64,000 bases of DNA from Styela clava. Taxonomy: Eukaryota. Below are positions 38,458 to 52,506 of the stretch, piece after piece; positions within the stretch are counted from its first letter, which is position 1, and each line of letters starts with the position of its first letter. The notes below the pieces were generated by a model. That model was not told where the DNA came from, searched no databases, and worked only from the letters and a program-made list of their open reading frames with translations. The stretch spans positions 12,214,001 to 12,278,000 of the forward strand of contig NC_135258.1 in assembly GCF_964204865.1 (NCBI RefSeq), given 5' to 3'. Both the position numbers and the translations under genes were made by a program.

Positions 38458-40760
38458 GTTGTAGAAGCTATGATCAATTTTTGCGGATTATAATGAAATA
38501 AAAACAATTTAAAGAAAATACCGCGAATACTCTATTGCTGTATAATATTAGAAAAATTGTTGACTCACAATTGGTTTCCTCAAATCAGATAAAAATAATT
38601 TTCATTGACTAAATTGAACATGGAATGAATAATAAATAATATTCAATTTCAATGTTCTACTCGGACATAAAAATTATTGTGTTGATTCCCAGGGTAATGT
38701 TAACAGTAACACGTATAATACCAACATTGTAAAGTTTCATTTACGTCTCCAGCACAATAACATTTAAAAACAAATTGAGTTTTGTTGTTATATATTCCAT
38801 ATATTGTAATTAACACTGTATCACAAGCAAGCTGCGTATGAAAATCTTTCTTGACCGCACGAGAGAAGGTAATTTGACCACTTAACATAGGTGATAACAT
38901 AAACTTAACAATTACGGGAGTTATATGCAAACTCGGCCAAATTAACGACAGTCCTGTTTGAATCCAACTGATGGTAGAACTATTTTCTGAAAAGCACTAA
39001 AAGAGGGAATCGAAAGATTTAATTATTGCAGAATATCGGGATAAAATTGTATACCGTATGGTATGCATTCAATATGCATCGGAACAATAATTTTGAAAAT
39101 GCGGCACCACTATTACTGATGTCAAATCCCATTCGAAAAATATATCGACGAAACTGGGAAATCGGCCAACCTCACAAAACCGAATCGAATAATAGTAAAA
39201 CATTTTTGGAAACCTATAGCATAGATCGAGAACATATGTCATGTTTCATATAATAAATATATATAAACTTAGATTTCTAATAAACAGTAAACTAGTTGTA
39301 GATAAAAGTAAACATAAAATAAAAAAAATAAGATAATGTGTGTCCGCAAATGCAACAAGTGCATATTCTATTTTGCATCGAACTCACTAGCAACAGGTTC
39401 TCCGCATTTTAGTAAACCATGGCGAACATCTAGAAAAACTTCCTTATTTTATCTCGTATTGATAACATTTAACTGATGAAAGCATGATAATAATTAATAC
39501 CGGTAATTATTTGTAATTTATGCTTGGATATGTTTATACGTCTATATTATACGTGTATATAGTTTACAATAGATAATAAAGGTGTTACGGTATCAGCGAT
39601 AACTGACTATGAATCCACTTAAAATAAGCGTACCGTAGCTTATCTTTTGACGATAAATATTTGAAGCAATCTTCTGCTATTGTCAACACGTAACTCTTTC
39701 GCCTTCATTGTTGAGAATTTCTCGACCAAATGTCCAATTACCAGGTAAAGCCGTATATGCCTGGAAGCTCTAAAACTAAACGTCTCATAAGCTAACAAAT
39801 TTTAAACTGTATATTCTCAAAACATTTCTAAGGAATGAAATCCTTCATGTTGTACCTCACTCTCTAAATGTAAGAATGAAAAACACTCCGATTTCTCTCG
39901 CGGACCTCATGCTGAGCCAACAACAAGTTGACGCCGAAACCTTCAATATTTTTCTCTGCAATTTAACCGCGTTGCGTTCTGCAACTGAATATTTCGTTGT
40001 TTTTTAATTGCGGATTGACTCTTCGTTACTAATGGGTTAAGAATTTAGATTTTCGTTTTTTTATTGTACAGCCCCCAGGTGCGGACATTTCGGACACCGT
40101 TAACCAATACAACGCCCATGACTATAACACTATTCCGCGTCTCCAGCCATCGTGATTCGAAATGGAAACGAGTTAATCTGGCTGCAGCTGCAGATATTTC
40201 GATTTTTAAAGTATTCAGAACACGGCTGCTACCGAGTTACCTTAACCCCATCTATATATTTCCATGTTTTAACCCGTTGTTGGTCATATGTGAAGTTCAG
40301 GGCCATCATACTTCTTCTGGACTGCGATTCCGAAATTAGATACAACGACTAGATTTACCAATTATACCTAATGCTATAAGTATTGTATTTCGTCCGGAAG
40401 TTTGGCGCATCTTCCTGAGTGCTACCGGCGATAGGCCTACCTAGTTCTACACCATTGTAGGTTGTCAGTGGCAAAATGACAAAACCGAAGGAATCGTAAT
40501 GTTGTGTTGACAATCTGATTCAGCAAATAGTCAGAAACGTGCAAAACTGAACGAATATTAATGACAGTCCCGTTCGAATCCAACTAATCGATAAATCACA
40601 AGTACTTGGAGGACCAGGATCTTTATATATAACCTATTTCTGCAGAAGAAGGAAATACAAACAATTTAATTGAAGGAAAAAACGGGCATATTGTATTGCT
40701 GTATAATTTTGGCTCAATTGTTCACTTTCGATTGGGTTTCTTCAAATCAGAAGAAAATAA

Positions 40761-40835
40761 TTTTCATTGGCTAAATTGAAAACGAAATGAATAATAATTG
40801 ATATTCAATTTCAATGTTCAACTCAAACAATAAAA
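40761..40835 (-). ncRNA. pre-miRNA-like hairpin, family B array subtype 1; copies 38598, 44011, 48747, 53513, 56901, 60551
   Basis: 5p GAGUUGAACAUUGAAAUUGAA, long AU-rich stem, and CUUC about 18 nt downstream of the predicted 3' cut. Confidence 0.72.
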
Positions 40836-40992
40836 ATCCCTGCGCTGATCTCAAGGGCCCTGTCAATAGTATTTAAAAAAGTGTGTCCATTTATATTCTA
40901 TATAATGTAAGGAACAGCAAGCAATCCGCGTAGGAAAATTTTTCTTGGCCACAAGAGAGAAAGTAATTTGACCACTTTGCATAGGTGATAAC

Positions 40993-41072
40993 ATAGATTC
41001 AACAATTAGTTAGATGCAAACTAGGCCAAATTAACGACAGCCCTGTTTGAATCCAACTGATGGTAGAACTAT
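40993..41072 (-). ncRNA. pre-miRNA-like hairpin, family A array subtype (5p CAGUUGGAUUCAAACAGGGCUG); copies 38898, 44307, 49054, 53824, 57208, 60858
   Basis: The 5p arm pairs with UGGCCUAGUUUGCAUCUAACUAA, with downstream CACC or CAAC. Confidence 0.72.
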
Positions 41073-42096
41073 TTTCTTGAAATGCACTAAAGAAGCGAAT
41101 CGGGAAGATTTTATTACTTAGACAATCGGAAAAAATTAAATAGGCATTCAAGAATATACAACTAAAATTTTGGAAATACCGCACCAATATTACCGATGCT
41201 TGATCACATTCAACAAATACATCGTCAAGACTGGGAAATCTATGACGCTTCGGTAATGCTCATAAAACCGAATCGAAGAGTAATAAAACAGTCTTGGAAA
41301 CCTCTCACTGTGTTTCATTTATCAAATCTAAATAAAATTAGATGCCAAAAACAGGCTACATGATAAATGATAAACTAGTTGTAGATAAACGTGAACACAG
41401 AATACAAAAATATGATGTTTGTCAGAAAATGAAACAAGTGCAGATTATCTGCATTTCGAAAAGCCATCGCAAATAACAACGAAAAACTCCTTTGTTATCT
41501 CGTACTGATAATATTTAACTGATAAAGTTATGATAGTTAACAGCGGTAATGTGCCGGGAATTATTTTGAATTTATGCAGATAACTTGCATATGGTTTACA
41601 AAATATGGTAAAGTTGTTATCAGCGACAATTGACTATGAATTCATTTAAAATAAACGTACCGTAGTTCAACCTTTGACGAAAAATGTTTCAAGGAATCCT
41701 CATCTATTATCAGGCGAATTGTATACTCTCTCGCCTTTTTTGCAGAGAACTTTTCAACCGCATTTCCAATCACCAAGTAAAACCTGACGCACGGAAGCTT
41801 TAAAACTACACGTCTAATAAGCTCGCAAAAATTTGAACTATACGTTCTGAAAACATTTCTTGAAATGAAATTTCTTATGTTGTACATCGCTCTCTAAATG
41901 CAAGGAAAAACTCACTCCGATTTCTCTCGCTGACCTCATGCTGATCCAACGACAAGTTGGCGCCGAAAGCCTCAATATTTTTCTCTGCAAATTAACCGTG
42001 TTGCGTTCATTAGCTAAACATCTTGTTAGTTTTCAATTGCGAAATGACTCTTCTTTACTTATGGGTTAAGAATGTGATTTTTCGTGTTTTATTGAA

Positions 42097-42136
42097 GTCC
42101 CGCCCCCAGGTGCAAGCATTTTGGACACCGTTAACC
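42097..42136 (-). promoter_or_regulatory. Candidate per-unit promoter/enhancer module (GC box, E-box, Myb-like site), repeated in each array unit
   Basis: Minus strand GGTTAACGG...CACCTGGGGGCGGGACTTCAATAAAA. Substitutions in diverged copies keep CANNTG (CATGTG near 54930) and YAACNG (CCGTTG near 36752, CTGTTA near 54951). Confidence 0.35.
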
Positions 42137-45100
42137 ACGACAACGCTCATGACTGTAACACGATACAGTGTTTTCAGCCATAGTGATTTGAAATAGAAAC
42201 GGGTTAATCTGACTGCAGCTGCAACAATTTCGATTTTGAAAGCACTCAGAAAAAGTCTGCTACCGTGGTACCCTAACCCCATCTCCCTATTCCCATGTTT
42301 CAATCCGTTGTTTACAAAACTTAAAGTTCAAGGCCAGCATTCTTCGTTTGAATTGCAATTCAGAAATCATTTCGACTAGATCTTCACGAACTACATCTCA
42401 TGCTAAAAGTATTGTATTATGTCAACGACGTTTGGCGCATCAAGCTCAGTGGTATACTGGTAAATTATTGAACTACAACATTGTAGGTTTTCAGTGGAAA
42501 AATGACAAAAGCAATGTCGTGTTGACAATCTGATTCAACGAATGGCCAGAAACTTGCAGAACTGAACGAATATTATTAAAAATGCATTAAATAAATCACT
42601 ATTTTGCGACTATTTTTGCTGTTTAATCTTATCAAATGTATCTAATCCAAATTGGCTTCTTCAAATTAGAAGAAAATAATTTTTATTGAGTAAATTGAAC
42701 AGTGAATGAATTAAAAGTAAAATTCAATTACAAGGTTCAACTCAAGCAATAAAACTTATGAAGGATTCCAGATTGATAAAAACATGCATCTGAAGATGCA
42801 ATTCTGCCTTTCCTAAACCGCAAAAAAGAAAGTACTTGCTGGTTTCAATTTTATAACCGGGCAATGGTGATAATATAGATTCAGGAATTAGTTTAATGCA
42901 AACATGGCCAAATATATTAAAACATCGGCGCCAGGTGACCTATCAGCGTAATAACTTTCTTGATGCCTTATGTTATTGATATTAAATTTCGACAGCCTAA
43001 TTAGATCAATTCGAATACTAAATATACAACAAGTATATGAAACAGACATAAACAAAACATTGAAAAGCAAAAAAAATAAATTAGTTTTCTCAATTGGAAA
43101 TAAGTTGGAAAATATTTCACTATTGCAAAAAATTGTGTAGATTTACCCAAGTTCCAACGTAAGAGAATTGTGCAAATTCTGTCTCACCTTTGACATTTCT
43201 TACAAGATGCATGTTATAAAACATCCTCATCTCACACAAAATAGATTTCAGTACATCCGGCACTCTCTGCGTATTAGTGAATTTCACATTCCTGTAGAAA
43301 CAAATACATTCGCATGAACAACACTATTTAACCAAGTTGCAGTAGTTAACGCCAACCAGAGTCGGTATACACTCAGAAAACTAATCTTTCGCGAACAGAA
43401 TTCGATTGTAGCATTAGAAAACAAAATGGCGATGCCACAAATATATCGACGACACGCATTTGTCCGTCTATATCGAGCACCGCAGACTTCATCAGGAGAG
43501 AAAATAATGTTAGTTTTCAACAAACAGATAGAACAACCTTTTCATCTAGTGATATATAATTGGTGTTACTGTTAATTTGAAAGTTGTACAACACCAAATC
43601 GACTGCGTCAAATTTGACGCGGAATAGATAGAGTTAAACTCATTGACAAATAAAAACTTACCGTATGGGTATTAAAATCTGGATTTGAGAGAAATTTCGT
43701 TTTGTCATATACAGTCGACTACCCTCTATCTCCCATTGATATAACTACTAACCTCTCTCTCCTATTTTTCGTCGATGATAATGTTGATTCAACAAATAGT
43801 TTGATCAAACATGACTGCATAACATTTAACGACAGCCCTGTTAAAATCCAACTAAACGATAAATCACGTTCTAGAAGCTATGATCAATTTTCGCGGGATA
43901 ATGGAACAAAAACAATTTATTTAAAGAAAATACCGCAAATAATCTATTGCTGTATATTATTAAAAAAATTGTTAACTCTCAATCAGTTTCTTCAAATCAA
44001 ATGGAATAAATTTTCATTGACTAAATTGAACATGAAATGAATAATAAAAAATATTCAATTTCAATGTTCAACTCGGACATAAAAATTATTGTGTTGATTC
44101 CCAGGGTCATGTTGACACGTATAATACCAACATTGTAAACTTTCATTTAGGTCTCCAGCACAAAAACTTTTTTTTTAAATTGAAGTTTGTTGGTATATAT
44201 TCCATTAAAATTGTATACCAAGAAAGCTGCGTAAGAAAATCTTTCTTAACCACAAGTGTGAAAATATTTCCCGATTTTAGTTTGATCACATGGCACAGGT
44301 GATAACATAGATTAAACAATTCGCTAGATGCAAACGTGGCCAAATAAATTGACAACAGCCCTGTTTGAATCCAACTGATGGTAAAACTATTTTCTTGAAA
44401 GGCACTAAAGTAGCGAATCGGAAATATTCAATTACTCCAGTCTCCAGACTATCGGTATAAAATCGAATATGCATTCAAGTATATTGGAACTAAAATTTTG
44501 GAAATACGGCACCACTATTAGCGATGCACGATCACATACAACAAATATATCGTCAAGACTGGGAAAACCGAATCGGAGAATAATAAAACAGTCTTGGAAA
44601 CCTAACACTATGTTTCATCTATCAAATATAAATTAACTTAGATAGCAGGCTACATGATAAGTAATAAACTAGTTGTAGATAAACGTGAACACAGAATACA
44701 AGAATATGATGTTTGTCAGAAAATGAAACAAGTGCAGATTATCTGCATTTCAACAAGCTATCGCAAACAACATCGAAAAACTCTTCTTTAATCTCGTATT
44801 GATAATTTTTAACTGATAAAGATATGATAGTTAACACTGGAAATTATTTGAAATCGATGTAGATAACGTGTATATATATAGTTTACATAATACGGTAAAG
44901 CTTTTATTAGCGAATATTGACTATGAATTCATTTAAAATAAACGTATCGTAGTTCAACCTTTGACGAAAAATGTTCCGAGCAATCCTCATCTATTATCAT
45001 ACATATTGTACACTCTCTCGCCTCCTTTGCCCAAAACTTTCCTAACAGCATTTTCAATTAACAGGTAAAACCTGACGAAAAAGCTTTAAAACTACACGTC

Positions 45101-47508
45101 TAACAGGCTCGCAAAAATTTGAACTATACGTTCTGAAAACATTTCTTAAGAATGAAATTTCTTACGTTGTACATCGCTCTCTAAATGTAAGGAAAAACTC
45201 ACTCCGATTTCTCTCGCTGACCTCATGCTGATCCAACGACAAGTTGGCGCCGAAAGCTTCAATATTTCTCTCTGCGAATTAACCGTGTTGCGTTCATCAG
45301 CTAAACATCTTGTTAGTTTTCAATTGCGAAATGACTCTTCTTTACTTATGGGTTAAGAATGTGATTTTTCGTGTTTTATTGAAGTCCCGCCCCCAGGTGC
45401 AAGCATTTGGGACACCGTTAACCACGACAACGCTCATGACTGTAACACGATACAGTGTTTTCAGCCATAGTGATTTGAAATAGAAACGGGTTAATCTGAC
45501 TGCAGCTGCAACAATTTCGATTTTGAAAGCACTCAGAAAAAGTCTGCTACCGTGGTACCCTAACCCCATCTCCCTATTCCCATGTTTCAATCCGTTGTTT
45601 ACAAAACTTAAAGTTCAAGGCCAGCATTCTTCGTTTGAATTGCAATTCAGAAATCATTTCGACTAGATCTTCACGAACTACATCTCATGCTAAAAGTATT
45701 GTATTATGTCAACGACGTTTGGCGCATCAAGCTCAGTGGTATACTGGTAAATTATTGAACTACAACATTGTAGGTTTTCAGTGGAAAAATGACAAAAGCA
45801 ATGTCGTGTTGACAACCTGATTCAACGAATGGCCAGAAACTTGCAGAACTGAACGAATATTATTAAAAATGCATTAAATAAATAACTATTTTGCGACTAT
45901 TTTTGCTGTTTAATCTTATCAAATGTATCTAATCCAAATTGGCTTCTTCAAATTAGAAGAAAATAATTTTTATTGAGTAAATTGAACAGTGAATGAATTA
46001 GAAGTAAAATTCAATTACAAGGTTCAACTCAAGCAATAAAACTTATGAAGGATTCCAGATTGATAAAAACATGCATCTGAAGATGCAATTCTGCCTTTCC
46101 TAAACCGCAAAAAAGAAAGTACTTGCTGGTTTCAATTTTATAACCGGGCAATGGTGATAATATAGATTCAGGAATTAGTTTAATGCAAACATGGCCAAAT
46201 AAATTAAAACATCGGCGCCAGGTGACCTATCAGCGTAATAACTTTCTTGATGCCTTATGTTATTGATATTAAATTTTGACAGCCTAATTAGATCAATTCG
46301 AATACTAAATATACAACAAGTATATGAAACAGACATAAACAAAACATTGAAAAGCAAAAAAAATAAATTAGTTTTCTCAATTGGAAATAAGTTGGAAAAT
46401 ATTTCATTATTGCAAAAAATTGTATAGATTTACCCAAGTTCCAACGGAAGAGAATTGTGCAAATTCTGCCTCACCTTTGACATTTCTTACAAGATGCATG
46501 TTATAAAACATCCTCATGTCACACAAAATAGATTTCAGTACATCCGGCACTCTCTGCGTATTAGTGAATTTCACATTCCTGTAGGAACAAATACATTCGC
46601 ATGAACAACACTATTTAACCAAGTTGCTGTAGATAACGCCAACCAGAGTCGGTATCCACTCAGAAAACTAATCTTTCGCGAACAGAATTCGATTGTAGCA
46701 TTAGAAAACAAAATGGCGATGCCACAAATATATCGACGAGACGCATTTGTCCGTCTACATCGAGCACCGCAGAATTCATCGGGAGAGAAAAAAATGTTAG
46801 TTTTCAACAAACAGATAGAACAACCTTTTCATCTAGTGATATATAATTGGTGTTACAGTTAATTTGAAAGTTATACAACACCAAATGGACTGCGTCAAAT
46901 TCAATGGAGAATCGTTGGAGTTAAACTCATTGACAAATAAAAACTTACGGTACGGTATGGTTATTCAAATCTAGATTTAATTAAGAAATGACTATTGATG
47001 TTTTATCATATTAATACAAATAATAAAATGCTAACTATTTTTTGACTATTTTTGCTGTTTAATCTTATCAAATGTATTGGATCCAGATTGGCTTCTTCAA
47101 ATCAGAAGAAAATAATTTTCATTGAGTAAATCGAACATGGAATGATTTGAAAGTAAAATTCAATTACAAGGTTCAACTCAAGTAATAAAACTTATGAAGG
47201 ATTCTAGATTCATAAAAACATGCATCTGAAGATGCAATTCTGCCTTTCCTAAACCACAAAAAAGAAAGTACTTGCTGGTTTCAATTTTATCACTCGGCAA
47301 TGGGGATAACATAGATTCGGGAATTAGTTCAATGCAAACATGGCCAAACAAATTTAAACATCAGCGCCAGGTGACCTCTCAGCGTAATAACTTTCTTGGT
47401 GCCTTATGTTATTGATATTAAATTTTGACAGCCTTATTAGATCAATTCGAATACTAAATATACAACAAGTATATGAAACAGACATAAACAAAACATTCAA
47501 CAAAAAAA

Positions 47509-47790
47509 CGAGAATATCGGTAGGAGACCGAAGACTTATCGATCGAAACTGCGGTTTCTATTCATGATTCTATAGTGACACCGCGTGTCCCATAACTAAT
47601 TAATTAATATTTATACGACATAATTCATCCAAAATCAATAGGCTTCTGGTCCGAGATATGATGAATGCACATGCAAAATTTGGAGCAGATTCAACCACAC
47701 CTTCGAGATATCGCGTGCATCTAACAGACAGACAGACAAACAGACAAATACCTATCAACATACTTACCAATCTAAAGATCAATAAGTAAT
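47509..47790 (-). mobile_element. DINE-1/HINE-like (Helentron-associated) element; copies at 51158-51439, 59311-59592 and partial 63547-63712
   Basis: Subterminal inverted repeat ACTTATCGATC/GATCGATAAGT, terminal hairpin TACTTACCGATC-TAAA-GATCGATAAGTA, (ACAG)n microsatellite and stem-loop CGGTCGGAGACCG. Inserted in an A/T run with no TSD. Empty sites near 37730, 43070, 46360, 55960 and 63030. Confidence 0.75.
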
Positions 47791-50700
47791 AAATTAATTT
47801 TTTCAATTGGAAATAAGTTGGAAAAATATTTCACTATTGCAACAAATTGTATAGATTTATACAAGTTCCAACGTGAGAATAGTGCAAATTCTGTCTCACC
47901 TTCGACATTTCTTACAAGATGCATGTTATAAAACATCCTTATGTCACACAAGATAGGTTTCAGTACTTCCGGCACTCTCTGCGTATTAGTGAATTTCACA
48001 TTCCTGTAGAAACAAATACATTGTCATGAACAACACTATTTAACCGAGTTGCTGTAGGTAACGCCAACCAGATTCGGTATACACTCAGAAAACTAATCTT
48101 TCGCGAAAAGAATTCGATTGTAGCATTAGAAAACAAAATGGCGATGCCACAAATATATCGACGACACGCATTCATCTGTCTACATCGAGCACCGCAGAAT
48201 TCATAAGGAGAGAAAAAGATGTTAGTTTTCAACAAACAGATAGAACAACATTTTCATCTAGTGATTTATAATTGATGTTACCGTTACTTTGAAAGTTGTA
48301 CAACACCGAATTGACTGCGTCAAATTCAATGCAGAACACTCAGAATCGTTGGAGTTAAACTTATTATCAAATAAAAACTTACCGTATGCTATTCAAATCT
48401 AAATTTAAGAGAAATTTCGTTTTGTCATATATAGTCGACTACCCTCTCTCTCCCATTGATATAAATGAAACCCTGTCAAACTGAAAACTCAATTTTTCCA
48501 TTTTTCATCAATGATAATGTTAATTCAACAAATAGTTTGATCAAACATGGCTGCATAACATTTAACGACAGCCCTGTTAAAATCCAACTAAACGATAAAT
48601 CACGTTGTAGAAGCTAGGATCAATTTTTGCAGAATTATGAAATAAAAACAATTGATTTAAAGGAAATACCGCGAATATTCTATTGCTGTATATTATTAGA
48701 AAAATTGTTGACTCTCAATTGGTTTCTTCAAATCAGATGAAAATAATTTTCATTGACTAAATTGAACATGATATGAATAATAAATAATATTCAATTTCAA
48801 TGTTCAACTCAAACATAACAATTATTGTGTTGAGACCCAGAGCCATGTTAACACGTATAATACCAACATTGCAAACTTTCATTTAGGTCTCCAGCACAAT
48901 AACATTTAAAAAAAAATTGAGTTTTGTTGTTATATATTCCATATAATGTAATTAACATTGTATAACAAGCAAGCTGCGTAAGAATATCTTTCTTAACCAC
49001 AGGTGTGAAAACACCTCCCGATTTTAGTTTGATCACACGGCACAGTTGATAACATAGATTCAACAATTCGCTAGATGTAACCATGACCAAATAAATTGAC
49101 AACAGCCCTGTTTGAATCCAACTGATGGTAAAACTATTCTCTTGAAAAGTACTAAAGTAGCGGATCGGAAAGATTCAATTACTCCAGTCTCCAGACTATC
49201 GGTATAAAATTGAATATGCATTCAAGTATATTGGAACTAAAATTTTGGAAATACGGCACCACTATTAGCGATGCACGATCACATACCGGTACAACAAATA
49301 TATCGTCAAGACTGGGAAATCTATAAGGCTTCGGTCATGCTCACAAAACCGAATCGGAGAATAATAAAACAGTCTTGGAAACCTATCACTATGTTTCATT
49401 TATCAAATATAAATTAACTTAAGATGCCAAAAACAGTCTACATGATAAATAATAAACTAGTTGTAGATAAACGTGAACCCAGAATACAAAAATATGATGT
49501 TTGTCAGAAAATGAAACAAGTGCAGATTATCTGCATTTCAAAAAGCTATCGCAAACAACATCGAAAAACTATTATTTTATCTCGTATTGATGATATTTAA
49601 CTGATAAAGATATGATAGTTAACACCGGTAATGTGCCGGGAATTATTTGAAATTGATATAGATAACGTGTATATATATATAGTTTACAAAGTACGGTAAA
49701 GCTGTTATCAGCGGCAATTGACTATGAATTCATTTGAAATAAACGTACCGTAGTTCAACCTATGACGAAAAATGTTCCAAGCAATCCTCATCTATTATCA
49801 TACTATTTGTACACTCTCTTGCCACCTTTGCCCGAAACTTTTTAACAGCATTTTCAATTAACAGGTAAAACCTGACGAACGAAAGCTTCAAAACTACACG
49901 TCTAACAGGCTCGCGAAAATTTGAACTATACGTTCTGAAAACATTTATTAGAAATGAAATTTCTTACGTTGTACATCACTCTCTGAATGTAACAAAAAAC
50001 TCACTCCGATTTCGCTCGCTGACCTCATGCTGATCCAACGACAAGTTGGCGCCGAAAGCTTCAATATTTTTCTCTGCGAATTAACCGTGTTGCGTTCATT
50101 AGCTAAACATCTTGTTAGTTTTCAATTGCGAAATAACTCTTCTTTACTAAAGGGTTAAGAATGTGATTTTTCGGTTTTATTGAAGTCCCGCCCCCAGGTG
50201 CAAGCATTTTGGACACCGTTAACCACGACAACGCCCATGACTGTAACACGATACAGTGTTTTCAGCCATAGTGATTTGAAATAGAAACGGGTTAATCTGA
50301 CTGCAGCTGCAACAATTTCGATTTTGAAAGCACTCAGAAAAAGTCTGCTATCGTGGTACCCTAACCCCATCTCCCTGTTCCCATGTTTCAAACCGTTCTT
50401 TACAAAACTTAAAGTTCAAGGCCAGCATTCTTCGTTTGAATTGCAATTCAGAAACCATTTCGTCTAGATCTTCACGAACTACATCTCATGCTAAAAGTAT
50501 TGTATTTTGTCAATGACGTTTGGCGCATCAAGCTCAGTGGTACTGGTAAATTATTGAACTACAACATTGTAGGTTTTCAGTGACAAAATGACAAAAGCAA
50601 TGTCGTGTTGACAATCTGATTCAACGAATGGCCAGAAACTTGCAGAACTGAACGACTATTATTAAAAATGCATTAAATAAATAACTATTTTGTGACTATT

Positions 50701-52422
50701 TTTGCTGTTTAATCTTATTAAATGTATCTATCCAAATTGGCTTCTTCAAATCAGAAGAAAATAATTTTTATTGAGTAAATTGAACATGGAATGAATTAGA
50801 AGTAAAATTCAATTACAAGGTTCAACTCAAGCAATAAAACTTATGAAGGATTCCAGATTCATGAAAACATGCATCTGAAGATGCAATTCTGCCATTCCTA
50901 AACCTCAAAAAAGAAAGTACTTGCTGGTTTCAATTTTATCACTGGGCAATGGTGATAATATATATTCAGGAATTAGTTTAATGCAAACATGACCAAATAA
51001 ATTTAAACATCAGCGCCAGGTGACCTATCAGCGTAATAACTTTCTTGGTGCCTTATGTTATTGATATTAAATTTTGACAGCTTAATTAGATTAATTCGAA
51101 TACTAAATATACAACAAGTATATGAAACAGACATAAACAAAACATTCAACAAAAAAACGAGAATATCGGTCGGAGACCGAAGACTTATCGATCGAAACTG
51201 CGGTTTCGACCCTTGACTCTATAGTGACACCGCGTGTCCCATAACTAATTAATTAATATTTATACGACATAGTTCATCCAAAATCAATAGGCTTCTGGTC
51301 CAAGATATGATGAATGCACATGCAAAATTTGGAGCAGATTCAACCACACCTTCGAGATATCGCGTGCATCTAACAGACAGACAGACAAACAGACAAATAC
51401 CTATCAACATACTTACCGATCTAAAGATCGATAAGTAATAAATTAGTTTTCTCAATTGGAAATAAGTTGGAAAAATATTTCACTATTGCAAAAAATTGTA
51501 TAGATTTATCCAAGTTCCAACGTAAGAGAATAGTGCAAATTCTGTCTCACCTTCGACAATTCTTACAAGATGCATGTTATAAAACATCCTTATGTCACAC
51601 AAGATAGATTTCAGTACTTCCGGCAATCTCGGCGTATTAGTGAATTTCACATTCATGTAAAAACAAATACATTCTCATGAACAACACTATTTAATCAAGT
51701 TGCTGTAGGTAACGCCAATCAGAGTCGGTATACACTCAGAAAACTAAACTTTCGCTAACAGAATTCAATTGTAGCATTAGAAAACAAAATGGCGATGCCA
51801 CAAATATATCGACGAGACGCATTCGTCTGTCTACATCGAGCACCGCAGAATTCATCAGGAGAGAAAAAGATGTTAGTTTTCAACAAACAGATAGAACAAC
51901 CTTTTCATCTAGTGATATATAATTGATGTTACCGTTACTTTGAAAGTTGTACAACACCGAATCGACTGCGTCAAATTCAATGCAGAACACTCAGAATCGT
52001 TAGAGTTAAACTTATTATCAAATAAAAACTCACCGTATGCTATTCAAATCTAGATTTAAAGGAAATTTCGTTTTGTCATATATAGTCGACTACCCTCTCT
52101 CTCCCATTGATATAAATGAAACCTTGTCAAACTAAAAACTCAACTTTTCCATTTTTCGTCGATGATAATGTTGATTCAACAAATAGTTTGATCAAACATG
52201 GCTGCATAACATTTAACGACAGCCCTGTAAAAATCCAACTAAACGATAAATCACGTTGTAGAAGCTATGATCAATTTTTGCTGAATAATGAAATAAAAGT
52301 ATTGTATTTTGTCAACAAGGTTTGGCGCTTCAAGCTAAGTGGTACTGGTAAATTATAGAACTACAACATTGTAGGTTTTCAGTGGCAAAATGACAAAAGC
52401 AATGTCGTGTTGATTGACAATC

Positions 52423-52506
52423 TGATTCAACAAATGGCCAGGAACTTGCAGAACTGAACGAATATTATTAACAGTCCTGTTCGAATCCAACTAATCGATA
52501 GATCAC
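52423..52506 (-). ncRNA. pre-miRNA-like hairpin, family A array subtype (5p UAGUUGGAUUCGAACAGGACUG); copies 37131, 40516, 55356, 62429
   Basis: The 5p arm pairs with CAGUUCUGCAAGUUCCUGGCCA, with basal UG and downstream CAAC or CAAUC. Confidence 0.65.

Noticed and set aside
42783-42800. GCATCTGAAGATGC in array units as a hammerhead core
   Set aside because: It has CUGAAGA but no stem II followed by GAAA. It is just a short palindrome.
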